Positions 62,228-64,000 of a stretch of DNA of 64,000 bases are shown piece by piece. The stretch lies in assembly GCF_013167455.1 (NCBI RefSeq), contig NZ_CP038328.1, one strand, 5' to 3'. The DNA is from Escherichia coli O157:H7 (lineage in GTDB: Bacteria > Pseudomonadota > Gammaproteobacteria > Enterobacterales > Enterobacteriaceae). A model generated the notes under the pieces. That model made no database searches, was not told the DNA's origin, and worked only from the letters and a program-made list of their open reading frames with translations. The first letter of the stretch is position 1. Every line of letters begins with the position of its first letter. Position numbers and translations under genes: made by a program.

Positions 62228-63733
62228 TTACTCCTGATTCACGCGATTAAGCTTGCCCACAGCGGCAGCCATTAACACTTCCTGGGTGGCCTGCTCACGA
62301 GTAAATTCCCCGCTGAGATGCCCTTCATGCATGACGATGATGCGATCGCTCATGCCTAATACTTCTGGCATCTCCGATGACACCAGAATGATGCTCAAGC
62401 CATCGGCTTTGAACTGGTTAATCAGTTGATAGATCTCTTTTTTCGCGCCGACATCTACGCCACGGGTAGGTTCATCAAGGATCAACACTTTGGGGCGTGT
62501 CATCAGACCGCGGGCAATCGCCACTTTTTGCTGATTGCCACCGGAAAGCAGACCAATTGCCTGCTCCATCGACGGCGTTTTCACATTGAACAGGCGAATA
62601 AAATCACTCACAGCCTGCTGTTCATCGGCATGCTTCAAACTGCCGCCAGCGCGGCTGAAGTAGCGCAGCGCTGTCAGCGACATGTTCTCTTTTACTGACA
62701 TGCCCAACACTAAACCGTCACGTTTACGGTCTTCGGAGATATACACAATGCCGTTTGCCAGGCCATCCTGCGGTGAACGGGTAACGACTTCATGCCCATC
62801 CAGGGTGACGTAACCGCTGGTGCGCGGTAGTGCGCCGTAGAGCACTTTCATCAGTTCGGTACGACCTGCGCCCATCAAACCAGAGACGCCAAGAATTTCG
62901 CCTTTGCGTAAAGTAAAAGAGACATCGTTAACGCCAGGTCCGCAGAGATTATCGACTTTCAGGCGGATATCTCCCGGCGCTTTGTCCAGGTGCGGATATT
63001 GATCTTCCAGCTTGCGACCCACCATCATCTCAATCAGCGAATCTTCGGTCAGTGATGCCACTTCGCGCTCAGCAATAAATTGTCCGTCACGAAAAACGGT
63101 AACGTCATCGCAACTCTCGAAGATTTCTTTCATGCGGTGGGAGATATAGACAATACCGCGGCCTTGCGATTTCAGCTCGCGGATGACGCGGAACAGGGAT
63201 TCGGTTTCGGTATCGGTCAGCGCATCGGTCGGTTCATCCATAATGATGACTTTCGACTCAAAGCTCAGCACTTTGGCTATTTCAACCATTTGCTGGTCAC
63301 CGATGGAAAGATCGCCCACCAGCTTGTCGCTTTTAAAGCGCAGGTTAAGTTTAGCCAGCAATTTATCCGCTTCGGCATACATGGTTTTCCAGTCAATTTT
63401 GCCAAAGCGATTAACAAACTCACGACCGAGGAAAATGTTTTCGGCAATGGTTAACTGCGGGATCAGGTTCAGTTCCTGATGGATAATCCCAATCCCGGCT
63501 TCCTGGGAAGATTTCGGCCCGGTAAATGTCGTTTCTTTCCCCAGCCATAAAAGCGTACCGGCATCGCGAGTATAGATGCCAGTAAGCACTTTCATCATGG
63601 TGGATTTACCCGCGCCGTTTTCGCCCACCAGCGCCATCACGCGGCCCGGATAGACATTTAACGCTGCGCCCGAGAGGGCTTTTACGCCCGGGAAGGCTTT
63701 ATCGATGCCTTTAAGCTGAAGTAATGCTTCCAT
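62228..63733 (-). CDS. rbsA: Ribose ABC transporter ATP-binding protein (tandem ABC domains)
   Basis: 501-aa ORF with two Walker A motifs ([18 protein letters not shown]) and ABC signature LSGGNQQK. Confidence 0.95.
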   Translation of the reverse strand: MEALLQLKGIDKAFPGVKALSGAALNVYPGRVMALVGENGAGKSTMMKVLTGIYTRDAGTLLWLGKETTFTGPKSSQEAGIGIIHQELNLIPQLTIAENIFLGREFVNRFGKIDWKTMYAEADKLLAKLNLRFKSDKLVGDLSIGDQQMVEIAKVLSFESKVIIMDEPTDALTDTETESLFRVIRELKSQGRGIVYISHRMKEIFESCDDVTVFRDGQFIAEREVASLTEDSLIEMMVGRKLEDQYPHLDKAPGDIRLKVDNLCGPGVNDVSFTLRKGEILGVSGLMGAGRTELMKVLYGALPRTSGYVTLDGHEVVTRSPQDGLANGIVYISEDRKRDGLVLGMSVKENMSLTALRYFSRAGGSLKHADEQQAVSDFIRLFNVKTPSMEQAIGLLSGGNQQKVAIARGLMTRPKVLILDEPTRGVDVGAKKEIYQLINQFKADGLSIILVSSEMPEVLGMSDRIIVMHEGHLSGEFTREQATQEVLMAAAVGKLNRVNQE

Positions 63734-63740
63734 GACGGCC

Positions 63741-64000
63741 TCAGAACGTCACGCCAGCACAGAGAATGATATTCGCATACGGAGAACATTCTCCGCTGCG
63801 AATTACCGCCTGACTTTCTGCGGTTTGTTGTTTGAATTGTTCATGCGTGGTGTAACGAATTTCAATGGTATTTCCCTGGTGTTTTTGCAGCTGCTCAAGG
63901 TGAGTGAGCAACGTTTCGTGGAGTTGCGGATTATGGTGTTTGATCTCTTCCGCGATAATGGCAGCCTCGACCTGCATTTCATTTGTGACGACGCCCAGCA
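63741..64000 (-). CDS. rbsD: D-ribose pyranase, 3' portion only (gene start lies beyond window end)
   Basis: Minus-strand frame ending ...[25 protein letters not shown]; frame continues open to the window edge; rbs operon context. Confidence 0.8.
   Translation of the reverse strand, partial: LGVVTNEMQVEAAIIAEEIKHHNPQLHETLLTHLEQLQKHQGNTIEIRYTTHEQFKQQTAESQAVIRSGECSPYANIILCAGVTF

Overview
This window reads as a conserved Escherichia coli-type core chromosome segment, not an accessory island. From memory it matches the K-12 xerC-to-rbsD interval (about 85-86 min) in inverted orientation. Gene order: yigB(5' end)-xerC-yigA-dapF-yifL, cyaY/cyaA, hemCDXY, GlmZ sRNA, aslA/aslB, the argX-hisR-leuT-proM tRNA operon, yifK, the 12-gene wec (enterobacterial common antigen) cluster, rho/rhoL/trxA, rhlB, gppA, rep, yifN, ppiC, ilvC/ilvY, ilvLXGMEDA, comM, maoP, hdfR, a complete rrnC-type rRNA operon (16S, tRNA-Glu, 23S, 5S, tRNA-Asp, tRNA-Trp), yieP, hsrA and rbsRKBCA plus the 3' part of rbsD. 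I see no prophage, IS element, integrase, CRISPR array or foreign island, and no evidence for a new multi-gene system, so the prompt's hint is not borne out. The most unusual observations are: (1) a perfect 226-bp tandem duplication inside the tRNA operon that adds a second leuT and a chimeric Pro/His pseudo-tRNA; (2) a 15-copy in-frame CCTGCA (Pro-Ala) microsatellite in hemX; (3) an intact ilvG; (4) a solo MazF/PemK-like ORF (yifN). Several ORF-track entries carry N-terminal extensions, which I trimmed to the start matching the known protein N-terminus; the track translates GTG/TTG starts as M. All comparisons to K-12 are from memory and no database search was run.
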